Positions 13,101 through 25,400 of a DNA stretch of 64,000 nt are shown here, piece after piece. Where the stretch lies: contig JAQGDQ010002372.1 of assembly GCA_030141605.1 (NCBI GenBank), positions 186,001 through 250,000 of the forward strand, in the 5' to 3' direction. The translations under genes were made by a program, and so were the position numbers. Source of the DNA: Tubiluchus corallicola (Eukaryota > Animalia > Priapulida). Below the pieces are notes generated by a model. That model saw only the letters and a program-made list of their open reading frames with translations. It ran no database searches and was not told where the DNA came from. How positions within the stretch are numbered: the stretch's first letter is position 1; every line of letters starts with the position of its first letter.

Positions 13101-14482
13101 ATTAAAGAGCTTGTTGAGATCACCTTTACACAGAACTTTATAGCGAGACTGATGACTGACGAAGTTGGGTGAATTCCTCCAGCAAGTCCTGAATTGAACC
13201 AGCCAAATCATCACCATTTTACCTCGTAGGCGTTTACAGGATTTACGATTTGGTAACCTGTCATGGAGTGCCCTAGCACACGTTAGCTTAGTAACTCATT
13301 TCCGACTGCTTGGTATGGACCTGATATATGAACCAAACTTGACGTTTCTCTATATGAAAAAATTATTGATCTACTGACTACATAATTATGGCTTTAAATA
13401 AAGTACCTATTGGCATCACTGGTAAATAGACAAAAGTCTAGTTTGCTACAGTGTGGCAACGCAGAAAACGCAATACATGCAACAAATTTTATTAACAAGA
13501 AAATTTTTAAAAGCGATCTGAAAAGCAGTATTACTAAAAAGAGTAATAAGAAAATCTATGCTGCCGTGCATAAAGGGCAGGAAGTACAAAATTTTGCTTT
13601 TGAAAAAAATGCAAATAAATTTTTGCATGACGTTTGAAAGTACTAATGAAGATAAAATTTTCTACACAACATGAGCATATAATTAACTGCTAAGTAATAT
13701 TAAATAGATTCAATACAACCTACTGCCTTGGTAGATAATGATCTTTAATTTTCCTAGATAGCCAACTAGCAGTACAGCTTCTTTTAAGTTTATGATTGAG
13801 TGGAAGATAAATGTGTACGATGATAATGCTATTTAGTCTGCAACAAAGGCGAAAATTTACTGTTTTTATATTCTGTACAGCAAGTGCCTAAGTATGAAAT
13901 TTCATTATAAAGGAAGTTAGATCACCATCTGTTGGTAAGAATGCATCAAAATCTCAATGCTGTTAAAATTGTAGTTACTGCGTTTTATTTTCTGTTGGGC
14001 AGTATGCCGATCCAAACTCGTACCGGCCTCAGTTGTAAGCTGGGTAGTTCTTTTCCCTTTAGCCTTACTGAAAGGTCAAACCATGGTCTTTGACCCCCTA
14101 ATCAACGCTCCTCAGCATCAAGTAATTCACCAAATTAATGTATTGTCATTTGATCAAAATTACAGCCAACGAGTGAGCTGTAATTACGCGCTAGTTTCGG
14201 GTTTGAAAACAGTGATACCCTGTTTGTCATTCCTGCAATTGAATCCCGAAATTACCAGGTTCTGACGCTGGTTCACCTTGATCGCCCTGTTTCAGTTCAT
14301 CCCACAAACTTTATCAGGTTGATCTGATGTCATCCGTGATGCCAAATAGAAAACTACTAATTAGGTCAAGCCTTGGAGAAATAGAATAAAAGTGAAATCC
14401 GATCACTGCAGTATCACAGTTAGCTGAGGTGACAGCGGTAACAACGTTGAGTTAGAACAAAGTTAGAAAAAAGACAGGAATC

Positions 14483-15953
14483 ATGCTTGCTTTTGTTGGA
14501 CTTTTTGCATTTCTATGGGTAAGTGAAATTTCTATGTCAATTTTTATTCCAGTTCAGCTAAATTTTAGGTTACTTTTAATATTACAAATTTAGCTGCCAA
14601 TTACTTATAACTTTATTTCATTTTATTAAAATGTTTGACAGTGGTTTGAAAATGTTTTGAAAAAGTTAACATCGTGACCAGAAATAAATCTGTAAAACAT
14701 GGTATTTGCTACATGAAAATAACGCAATTCAATGCATCATTGCGGTTTACAATTGACGTGTAATCCCGTGATAAAATCGTAATGCTGAAATGCCTGAACC
14801 ATTTTTGCTTGTGTGTTAATTAGCTGTTACTTACTCATTTCGAAGTTTATTTATACTACTAAAAGGAAAATGTATTTGCAGATAAGCACGTCTGCTATGT
14901 ACATGCCCCCATCATACTACACGGAAATGCGGGGCAATGGTTTACCGGAAAGAGTTCTAAAACATCCGGACGCCGAGTATGCGTCCGACACTGTACGAGC
15001 AAAACTTGCCGACGAAGACGAACGCTTCAGCCTTTTTGATCGAAACCTGTACTATGATATTCCCAAAGACCAGCGCTTCAAGTCCAAGGAGAGGGCTACA
15101 ACTTACAAGGACATTGATGATGAAATTAGCCACAATACGTATCTCCGCCGTGCTAGACTGGATGATTACAATGGTCCAAATCTGAGACAGTTTGAAAGGA
15201 GGGAACAATTCGAAAACAAACCAGCACAGCAGTTTTTCAGCGATCAGGAGAAAGGAGAACACATGACAGCTTTAACGGGACACGGAGTAGGAAGGTATAA
15301 GACGATTAGCCAGTTTCTTTGACTGACTGATTGGTTGATTGAATGAATTATTGATTGATCGAGTGATAGACTTTTTTATTTGGTTGATTTATTACCGTAT
15401 TGCGAAACAGGTTGGCCGGACCGACTGAAAGCTCCATGTCCTAAGCCCTTCTGTAGGCTTGTAAAGTATTGCACTTTCAATACGAATTTGAAGGTCTAAA
15501 CCTAAACCCAAAGAGCATCTTCAGCAGGGGGCAAAACGACTAACTTGAGGATAAATAATTGTTAGTAAAAAAAGTAACACAGTGAAACTCAGACATTTTG
15601 ACTGAAATGTAAGAAAACGGCTAAAATAAAGTAGATAGTTTGACAAGAAAATTACATTACTGATGTTTTTCAGCTACCGCAGAAACCTTGGTTATATTCT
15701 TGGACCAGAATCGGGCAAATACAACAGAGTTCTCGACTACAGATACAGACCTGGCTTCGACGAGAACGACGATGGCTCTTCCCTTCCTGGTCGGTTGTTC
15801 TTCACAAATAGAGGACGCTTCCCAACTGAGGAGGAACAAGCGGAAGCCGCCGAAATTGCTGCCAACTCTAACAGATTTGGCATCCCCAATCTTGGCAACT
15901 TGAAGAGAGTTGGGGCATTAGAGAGACGGTTGGGCTCGCCTAATATTATTTAA
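14483..15953 (+). CDS. Secreted gene B: 242-aa cysteine-free secreted protein made mostly of the shared domain (3 exons)
   Basis: Exons 14483-14518, 14882-15294, 15674-15953 (phases 0,2; 729 nt). Signal peptide MLAFVGLFAFLWISTSA|MY. Aligns end to end with gene C (NGLPxRVLxHP, LADxDExFxL, LYYDIPKD, YLRxARLDxYxGP, DYRxRPxFD, LPxRxFFTNxGRF). Confidence 0.9.
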
Positions 15954-16586
15954 ATGCTGTGTGATTATGAAAGACAAACCAGGGCACGTATTTTATTGTT
16001 CAGCACTTTTCTATTCTCAGGAAAAATTCATATAGTTCCACATTTTTATTAGTAATTCGTTTTTTACAGTATGAAGAATAATTTGTATGGTAATTTGCTT
16101 ACCGTTAAGCCTTGTGTGTTATTAGAGTTTTCAGAGAATGTTTTAGTTAAAATTCTTGTTTTAAAAATGTTAGCAAACTCAATTGCCAATTTACATTCAG
16201 CAAATATCAGTGAAAACTATGCTCACTTTATTATGTAATATTATATAAGTTTATAAATAAGAGTAATTTACTTAACCAGGTAAAATCAATAAATCTAAGT
16301 ACCACTTATGCTTATAAATATTGTTTTTTGTACACTCTATTACTGTAGCACCATAGCTTCTTATGCAACGCACGGAGCTTTTTTTAAAAAAATTCAAAAT
16401 TTTTTGCAATACGTCATTACACCACAACACAATTTAGAGTGAATGCGTCAAGTTCACTATGCTACAAACAACTATACTAAAAATATTAATAATGATACAT
16501 ATACTTCTATCTGTACTAGCAGTCTAGCACAAGTGACTGTCGCTTTAAGAAATGTTTTTGTAGTATAACGAGAATTAAGAAACATG

Positions 16587-19021
16587 TTAATATCTTCTAG
16601 AATAAGTTTTCGTATATCGTTTCGCAGTTGGACGCACATCAGAAAGAGATCCATAATGGGGAAGTCCAAAAGTTATCTTTTTTGCCTGACTGGAATGCGT
16701 TTTTGTTCCACGCGCTGAACCAAAACGGCCGTAATTAGTGAAAAAGCTGCGATCCGGAAGGATCTCCCCGTCATCTTTGTCATCAAACTCTGGTCTGCTT
16801 CTGTAATCAATCGCTCTCACGTAGCTTCCATTTTCTTCTCCGTTTTGAAAACTCAACTGCCTACGGTAACTGAAAATAAAGGTAAAACATGTAACATAAG
16901 TTAGCAAAGCACTAAAGTTGTAAGCAGCACACGAAGGATGAACAAACAAATGCAAACAGATAAACCAACAAACAAAGAAAATGAAGTGCAAATCATGCTG
17001 AATACGCTTGACTAAATAGTACCAGCATCTATATCTCTGCTTCTACTTGGCAATGGATCAAGTTACTCAACATAATTATTAGCATACCCAATAAAATTGT
17101 TATCATTGAGTACGGTTTGATTGTTGGTAATTAGTCAAAGTAACTGATGAGCCAGGGCCAATAAAATGACTACCTGTTGTTTAGCCGCTAAAGTAATGTA
17201 ATTAACGTTTCAGCAAAACAGCAGCTTAGCGGCCGTGAAGCTGATAGTTAATCAACTGACAGTCAGTAAATAAATACGAAATGGTGACTTACGTGGTGAA
17301 CGAATACACTCAGTTGATGTGTTACCGTGCTTAAACCATAAAAAATATAGTTAACGAGCTTCAAACAGAATATAAGAAGTGTTTATGTAATGTTTGATAC
17401 ATTTGTTTTTACTACAAAGTGCAATGCTCATTTAAATCGGTTCGTCAAGCATATAAACTTTATGCCCAGCATACATTCTTAACAGTAAAAGGACGTATTA
17501 GTTTAGAGATTATTGGAGTCACTGTAAGCTTTCCAGAAAGACACAATGCATTCGCAAACTGCTCCCTGTAGTGGATTGTGAACAAAATCGCCAAAACATT
17601 ACAATTACAAATTTCTTCCCTAAAGAATGACAACCCATTGTAAATAGTAAACACAGTACTTACTTTCCCGTTCCACTACCGGATAAGTCAGTGATATGGT
17701 TACCAATCTCGGCATTCCCATAATATCGACTTTCTGGATTGTTCTCATAGAGGTCGCTTCTCTGGTAATGACGCCACAAGGGACCTTGATATTTGTCCAG
17801 TCTTGCTTTGCGTAGGTAGACATCTTGTCGAATGTCCTTGTCAGCATTCAGGTAAGCCATGGCTGCTTCTTTTGATCCGAATTTCTCATCCTTGGGAATA
17901 TCGTAATACAGTTTTCTTTTATAAAGGTTAAATGATTCGTCGTCATCCGCAAGCTGTCCTTGGATGATGTCTGACCGGAACTGCGCAGTGGGATGCTCCA
18001 GGACTCTAGTGGGCAGCCCGTTATCATCAAAAGCATTTGATTTTTGCTGCTGCCCACGGCTTCCAAATGTCTTATATGGTGTACTACTGGACTTCTGGCT
18101 GGGTGATACCTGGAACTGTTTCAAATGAGTGACCCCATTGCTTGACGTCGACGTATTCCAAGCGTAAACGCCTTTGTCGTCGTGGCTATTTCGTCGCCCG
18201 CCATAGGAATAAGCAAAGGTGACCTGAAGTCCGAAACAGCAGAGTTTAACAGAGCTTGCAGTTTGCATAATTGTTTGATTAATTGCACACAGTTTTTTCT
18301 AGGTGTTGTAAAACACGTGAAAAATAGAAAGAACAAACAGGCAACAAACGACTCTCATCAACGAATTATAATTTCAGTGAGAAAAGAAAAACAACTGTGT
18401 AAAAATTTGTCGCATATTTACTTATTACAAATCATGAAATCAGTCTGTATTTTTTCCATATTATTGTGTAAACAATAAACGTATAAGACATAAAAATAAC
18501 TTTTTGTGTAATTCAGCACTCAGTGACAGGATGCCTATTTAATGAACGAGGTTGTGGTGTGACTGGAACCCAGCTCATTATCACGTCTAACATGAGAGAC
18601 GGAACCGACAGAGGTGTCTTAGCCATGTCTGGATGCAAACATACACTCTTCCTGAAATACGTAAATAGCAGCGAACCCCAGCCCCGCGAAGTACTCCTGG
18701 AGGTCACTTTTTCTGACAATGCTTGGTGTCGCTCAACTTTTGTCTTGCAGTTATTTCCCTGACCTTAAATTGCATTAGGCACAATAAAGTAGTATATATT
18801 GGAAAAGCAATGATTAAATGCATTTACTCAATTGGTCAATTTAAAATAAAACCATTTTCACACAAGAAATACCGAACCCCATATGTGCGCTGTGCTCTAA
18901 CCAACTGTAATGTTAATACTTACGAACTTTTTTACAATATACGAAAATAACTAGTTACTATACTATTGTAATTTATATGTCTACTTACTGTAATGCAGAG
19001 GAAAAATACGAATACCTTCAT
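16587..19021 (-). CDS. Secreted gene C: 291-aa secreted paralog of gene B, convergent with it (3 exons)
   Basis: Exons 19021-18989, 18223-17664, 16869-16587 (phases 0,2; 876 nt). Signal peptide MKVFVFFLCITVTFAYS|YG. Intron positions match gene B. Candidate TATA cttatatataag at 19106-19117. Confidence 0.9.
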
Positions 19022-20820
19022 CTTGTACTGTCGAGCAATAAGAAAACAAGACCAAGTTTGGTTATAGATTGATTAATTATGGCTGCTTGTTCTTGTACAA
19101 TGTTGCTTATATATAAGTTTTCTCTTGGATTCACTCGGCTTTACAAACAGACTTTATTTTTCAAATATGACAGTCAGTCACGAGAAAACCGGACCACGGT
19201 TAATTACAAAAAATTACGTTACATAGTTCATCTGTGATGTGAAGGTCGTCGAAGTTTTCTTAACTTTACTCGTTTGATTAAGCATCTTTGTTGCCATCTT
19301 AGAATGGATCAAACGCGATTAATTATAGTAATTTCCAGTTTGAATGTTGATTTATGAAGTAACGGTAGGGTGTGTGCATGTGTGTTGCTGCAAGCAACAC
19401 GACTTCGCTTTTATTATCATGTGTTGATTTTTTGTGCGGAAATGCGCATATCGTTACGATAACCTTAAGATAATGTTTTAAAAATTTGAAACCGCTTTTT
19501 GTTTTATAAAATTAAGGTTAATTTTAATTTAGAAGTTGCCTGCTTTCTTACTTGCCTGTATACTTGCCTCAATTATGAACGGAATTTTAGTTGCATCCCA
19601 TTGCCGGGGAATCCAATGTGAGTGCTCGGACGTTAGTCTAGTGGAATTCCTGCTTCATGGACAGACCCTATTCGTAAAATTCGCATAAATGTACAAACCT
19701 TCGAATCTATGTTGAACGGTGGGCCATAATGACAGGTTGATTCTAACGCTTAATATCTGCCTTCCCGTAAGTCTTGAAAAACTGAGCTTCCCAGTTTCCC
19801 TTTTGCGAGTTCCATTGTGGCCGTAAATTACACTGCAACATTTGTCAGTCCATCCAAGGTTAGGCTATATGTTTTTATGAATGAACCAAATCAGTAAGAA
19901 AGCAGCATATCGCGTGACGGGATTTTCCTTTGAATGAAACGCGTGTTTTAATGCTGTTTGAGGCAAGTTCTTTAAAGCTGAAGAAAATACTTATCCTTAA
20001 ACACAACAGTGAACATTGGTACCTCAAGTAATGAGCGTGAGAACTGGTCTAATATTGATTTTGTCGTGACATCTTATGTTGTAACCAAATAAATTTCATT
20101 CAAATTTCATGATTGCAGATATTCATGTTATCATTTAGGATAAACTGGAAGGTCGTTCCAAAATTTTTTAATCGGAAATGACAAGATAAAATTCTGCCCA
20201 CGTTTTGTATATTGATTATATTAGATTTGTTTTAATAATGATGTCTTTCAATCATCTTCACAGTGTTAACATTATATTAAATGGGTCATTTTTAGCATGG
20301 GTTACGTGAGACAGTGGGGATAATGAATGACATGCTATGTAAATTATTTGCAATTGTAATTGCTTTGAAAAAAATAAAAGAATAAAAGTCGGCAGTGGCT
20401 TATAAACCTTGCCCCCAATTTTGCCTCAAGTAATCTTGCTGCCTCAATTAACCCCATTTTACTTACTCTTAATTATCTTTTAGTATTTTAATACAGTACT
20501 TTATTCCATTAAAGTTTGTTTCAGCACACTACAATGTTGTGTAAATAATATAAACTTACACTAAGAAACACCAATTCGTGAACTACCAAAATACAGGTAC
20601 TAAAGTGGAATATAAGCAATTTATATATTTTTTAAATAGATCATCTGTTAAAGACCAGTTATTTTATATAAATCTGTAATTATACTAATTTATCCCAGAC
20701 CAATCCCAAACCAATCAGGAACATTGGGCACACGTATCGCGCAGATACTTGAAAACACAATACGTATTTACGCAAATACCATGTTTTAATTTTTATATTT
20801 AAATGGTATTTTAGCGGCAT

Positions 20821-21820
20821 ATATGAGGTGATTACAAATAAAAATGGCACAGGAAAAATGGCTTGTAAAAATGGCATAACAAAAATGAAACAAATGAAAA
20901 AATATACAAAAATGGCACAGGTAAAAATGGCACAGGAAGAAATGGCATAGGAAAATATGGCACAGGAAAAAATGGCACAAATGGATGGAAAAGTGGGTAA
21001 AAATGGCAAAGGTAAAAACGGCAAACAAAAAAATGCGCACTTAGTAAAATATGTGTTTAGGGTTATAGTTAGAGTGGGGAGATAATTATTTTAGCTGGTT
21101 TTACCTTTGCCAGGCTTGAAGCTATGCTTGAACACAGTTTGTTTGGTTGTTTTTGTCTGTTATGGCAGTAAGTCTATTACGCAAAAACTATCTAACAGAT
21201 TTCCAAGAAACTTTGTTAAGAAAGGTGGGCTTAGGGTACCAAAATGAGAGTCTTTTAGCCGGTACTTTTCAGGCAAAACTTAATCGAATACTACGAACAA
21301 ACAAAAAACATCCGTAAAGTACTTCGAGAAGATCTCAGAGGGAGTGTTTAGTACTTCTTTTTTGTTACCTCCACCTAACTTTTTTTATTAATTTGTATAT
21401 CCTAATAAGGAGACTTGTAGGTATATATTCTTCAATTTATTAAAATCGTCAGATTAAAGGTAGATAAGCACTATGTGGAACATTCGTGCATTATTGATTA
21501 TAAATCTATTCAATGAACAAATATTTCGCTATTCTATACTCTTTATTATTATACCAATACAGGCACATTTTTGTACGTTTGTTGTTTATCTTTCTGTTAA
21601 GTTTTTCAAATAAAGAATCAGACGAACGAACAAGTTTAGGATTGTTTGGCTTTAACTGAAATCTGCTTCATATTGAGCCCATTCTAGTTTTATTATAAAA
21701 ATTAACTGCATCAAAATAATATATGTGCCATTTTTCCTACTTTTCCATTTGTACCATTTTTTCGTGTGCCATTTTTCCTGTACCAGTTTTTTCCTGTGCC
21801 ATTTTTACCGCACACCATAT
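20821..21820. mobile_element. Non-autonomous DNA transposon (MITE-like) with AAATGGCAC subterminal repeats
   Basis: Tandem aaaaatggcacagg units at 20840-21040 and inverted tgtgccattttt units at 21724-21808. Lies between divergent genes C and D. Confidence 0.6.
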
Positions 21821-22410
21821 GGGGCTGTGATCTAATATAAACCAAAATTTTTTGAAAGCGTTGATAACTATATATCAAGAGTGATGAAGAGAGCCGACAA
21901 ACAAATGGATTAAACGGCTATAAAATGGAAACAAGAAATCACTGAACACAATGCGTATCATAAAGAAGACCACCTCTGCGGCTTTCTAAAAAGGAATTGT
22001 GCTGTTAACGTCGGCAGCTTTGTTTTGTCAAACCAGACTTTTAATGCAGCGTCCATCTGGAGCTATTGTCTCTTCCCTCAGCGCAATCCCAAACGTTATA
22101 AAACTAATCTGGGCTTAGACCTGGTGAGCACAGATATTTCGCAGCACCTGAAAGCGAAGTGCCTTAATTAAATTCTTCAGGTAATGAGAAATATTCGTGA
22201 GACTGCCTCAAAACAAAAGAGGTTGTAAACTGGCTCATCCTTTAACAAAGTCCACCCATCAAAACCGGACGGGTTAGGTGCTTGAGTATTCTTTTGGAAT
22301 AAGGTATTTTGATTAGTAAACAACAAATCAGGAGAGTTATAAGAGGCAGGTCTTCGAGTATCGTCTCATTGTAGCCAAGGAAGAGAATCGTTGTTCACAT
22401 GTCTGTCACC

Positions 22411-25400
22411 ATGAAGTCTACATTGGTAGCTGTTGCACTGGTTTTGGTTATGTTCCAGCTTCATGGTATGTTATTACTTACTAAAATTTTCGCTTATATC
22501 GTTAAAGTTTTGTGCATAAGATCACTTTTGGGGGGTAAGCTGTTCAGAATATGTCTACTACGGAATCGCAGTTAACAACTTTTTTAGCTATGTGAGTTGT
22601 TAGCAATAAAAGCCAGAAAAAGACCTTCCCTTTTGAACTGTTTTGTCTCTTTGTTGCTAAGCTACTTTCAGTCATTTCTATGCAGTGGAAGAATTCTTCC
22701 GTTTTAAAGTTAATTTCATGGTATTTCGTTGTATGGGGGATATTAAAATGTGTTTGCTTACTTGGCAACACACAGTGACCAGAAACTCATAAGTCATGAT
22801 TCTTGCACTTGTTATTTTCCTTATTCAGATAACAGGTAACAGTGTTATTATTCAAGAGTTTACTTTAATATAACTTTATTGTGTTACAACTTTAACAATT
22901 ATTATGTTACATTTACGTAAGTTCACTTTTTATTTTGACGTGTTTTTGCTCAGCTGTCTAACTTCACATTGCTCAAGAACGTAATTTTCAGTTTACTTGC
23001 TCAACATATTAATACTGTTTAATCTAATTATTACGTTGTACGAGGAATTGCGGATTTGCCGTCAAGTTCTATTGATATAGAGACTAAAGAGAAACAAAAA
23101 AACTCATATACTATTTACAGATTCGCGTCTAAGTAAAACACAAATTTAATTTTTCCATCTGGCCAAATGTTCCATCGCTTTAATTATACCTCGTGTTGAA
23201 AAAAATTGAAAAAGGAAAAGTAATTTCAATAAATGCGCCCGCAATTAAAAAAGGCACATCAACGTTCTTTGTTTTGTGGCCAGCTGCTCCAGCACAATGG
23301 AAATGGAATAGTTATAATTAAAAAGAATCATAAATTTTCAGAAAATAGTCATCTTTTAATATTATGCTAAATACGTACATTTGTTAATTCATCCATATCA
23401 TTGTTCGTTCGTTCTTTTATACTATTATCAATACATTAATTTCAGTGCAAATACTCAGTATTTATATTTAAATAGGCTTATACACAATTTCAGTTGAGTT
23501 AAAAATTGTACCTGTATAATTACGAGTGTCAAATTTCTATGTATTGTATTAAATTTACCGAAAAAGAAAATCTAAAATTTTATCAATAGCATGTAAATGC
23601 GTTGGTATAAAACGTTTTATCTCCTTTACTTTTCTGTCACAGTGTTATTCATTAAAAAGTAAATACTGTTTGTAAATAAAATGCACTACAACCTTACATA
23701 AAATCAAAAATTCTTTGCATCCTTTGCTTATGATTTAGAAATGCATAATTTAAATATTGATGACATTTTCGCTCGCTTGTAACCGAACTGCTAGTCAAAA
23801 TTACTTCCTAATCAATAAAAATATTCTGTATTTCAGATCTCCTGTAAATGACAGTTTAAAACTCCAGGAATTTTTGAAAGTACCTTTCATAGTACATCAT
23901 GCTCGGTTTTTCTTTTGATCTGTAAACCTGTTTACATAACCATAATAATTAGCATGTTTTTATTAGTTAGCTTCGTCTGAATTTAGCCTATTATTTGACT
24001 TATTTTAACTTACCTGAATATAGATTTCTAGACTTAATCGCTAGACATATGTTCTAACTTTAAACAAACTAAGATTTTAACACTATTAAATGTAATATTG
24101 TGTGGCAGTTACCGTACTGTTCTTTCGTAGCAGACGTGCATTCAGTACTTCTAGCAACTTTACACAAAAATAAAAACAATATAATCACACTAGAAAAGAG
24201 AATCTGGTATAAAAATTATTAATGTCACGAACCTCCTGAATAGGAGATAACTCCGATCATTTAGCCGAGAAGCAATTTCTTCTCCTTTTTTATAATAGGA
24301 TAGGTTAATTCTTTCCCGGTATTGATTAACTGACTGAGTAATATAAATAAACTAATCAATGAATAAATGAATAGATGGATTGGTGGCTAATCGAATGAAA
24401 AATAGTTGAGTGAATGATGCATGAATGGATGGAAAAATGAACGAGTAAATGAATGCACGAACGAGCCAACGACTGAATGAATGAATGAACGAATAAACGA
24501 ATGAATCAAAGAACGAACGAACGAGTGAGTAGTGGGTGAGTGAGTGAATGAGTGAATGAATGAATGAATGAATGACTGAGTGAGTGAGAGAGCGAATGAA
24601 TGAGTGAGTGAGTGATTGAGTGAGTGAGTGAATGAGTGAGTGAGAGGGAGTGAGTGAGTGAGCAATCGAGTGAGTGAGTGAGTGAGTGAGTGAGTGAGTG
24701 AATGCGTGAGTGAGCGAGCGAATGGGTTAACGCATTAACTGATTAGCAAAGATATATTAAAAATTAAGCTTTTGATTCCCAAAACGCCAATTAACTTTAA
24801 GATTTCCGCGTGGATGAAACTTTCTTGTTTAAATATAACCAAATGGCGATTTCAAAAAGATATCAGAGTAAACTTCAAAGGAGATCACTGAAAAATTTTG
24901 CATTTTTTTTTATTTTATGAATAGCTTCTTACTAAGGGAAAAGCTGTACCTGCTGTAATTAACAGGCTTACTGAATATGTAGTTAGGTTATCTTTGCAAT
25001 TTGCGCTAATATTGTTTACCAAGCTCAAACGAGTTTTGAGGACTAAATGACTTCTAGGCGGGGCATAATAAAAATAAAACGTTGAACGTATACCCCTGAA
25101 GTGTTGCCATTTCTGGCCAATTGCTGATGCAAAGAAGCCTATGGCTGAGGGGAATTTTGTTTGGAAGACCGTCTTCGCCTCTATATTTTAACAGGATCGG
25201 AACTTTGTGTCGATCCTTTCCTAGACTGGTGGGTAAATGCCGTATTTCATGAAGAAAATCATCAACGGGCTAATAAACCAATTTTTATTACAGTTTGACC
25301 AAGTTTGTACGATTTTTAACTTAAACGTAACCACATGCACCACAACCACAACCACATACTACTTCCTTATAATTAATGTTATAAATACATTTTAGACCGT

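Noticed and set aside
20680-21040. Hydrophobic CAIF/LCHF-repeat ORFs
   Set aside because: Translations of AAATGGCAC subterminal repeats of a MITE.
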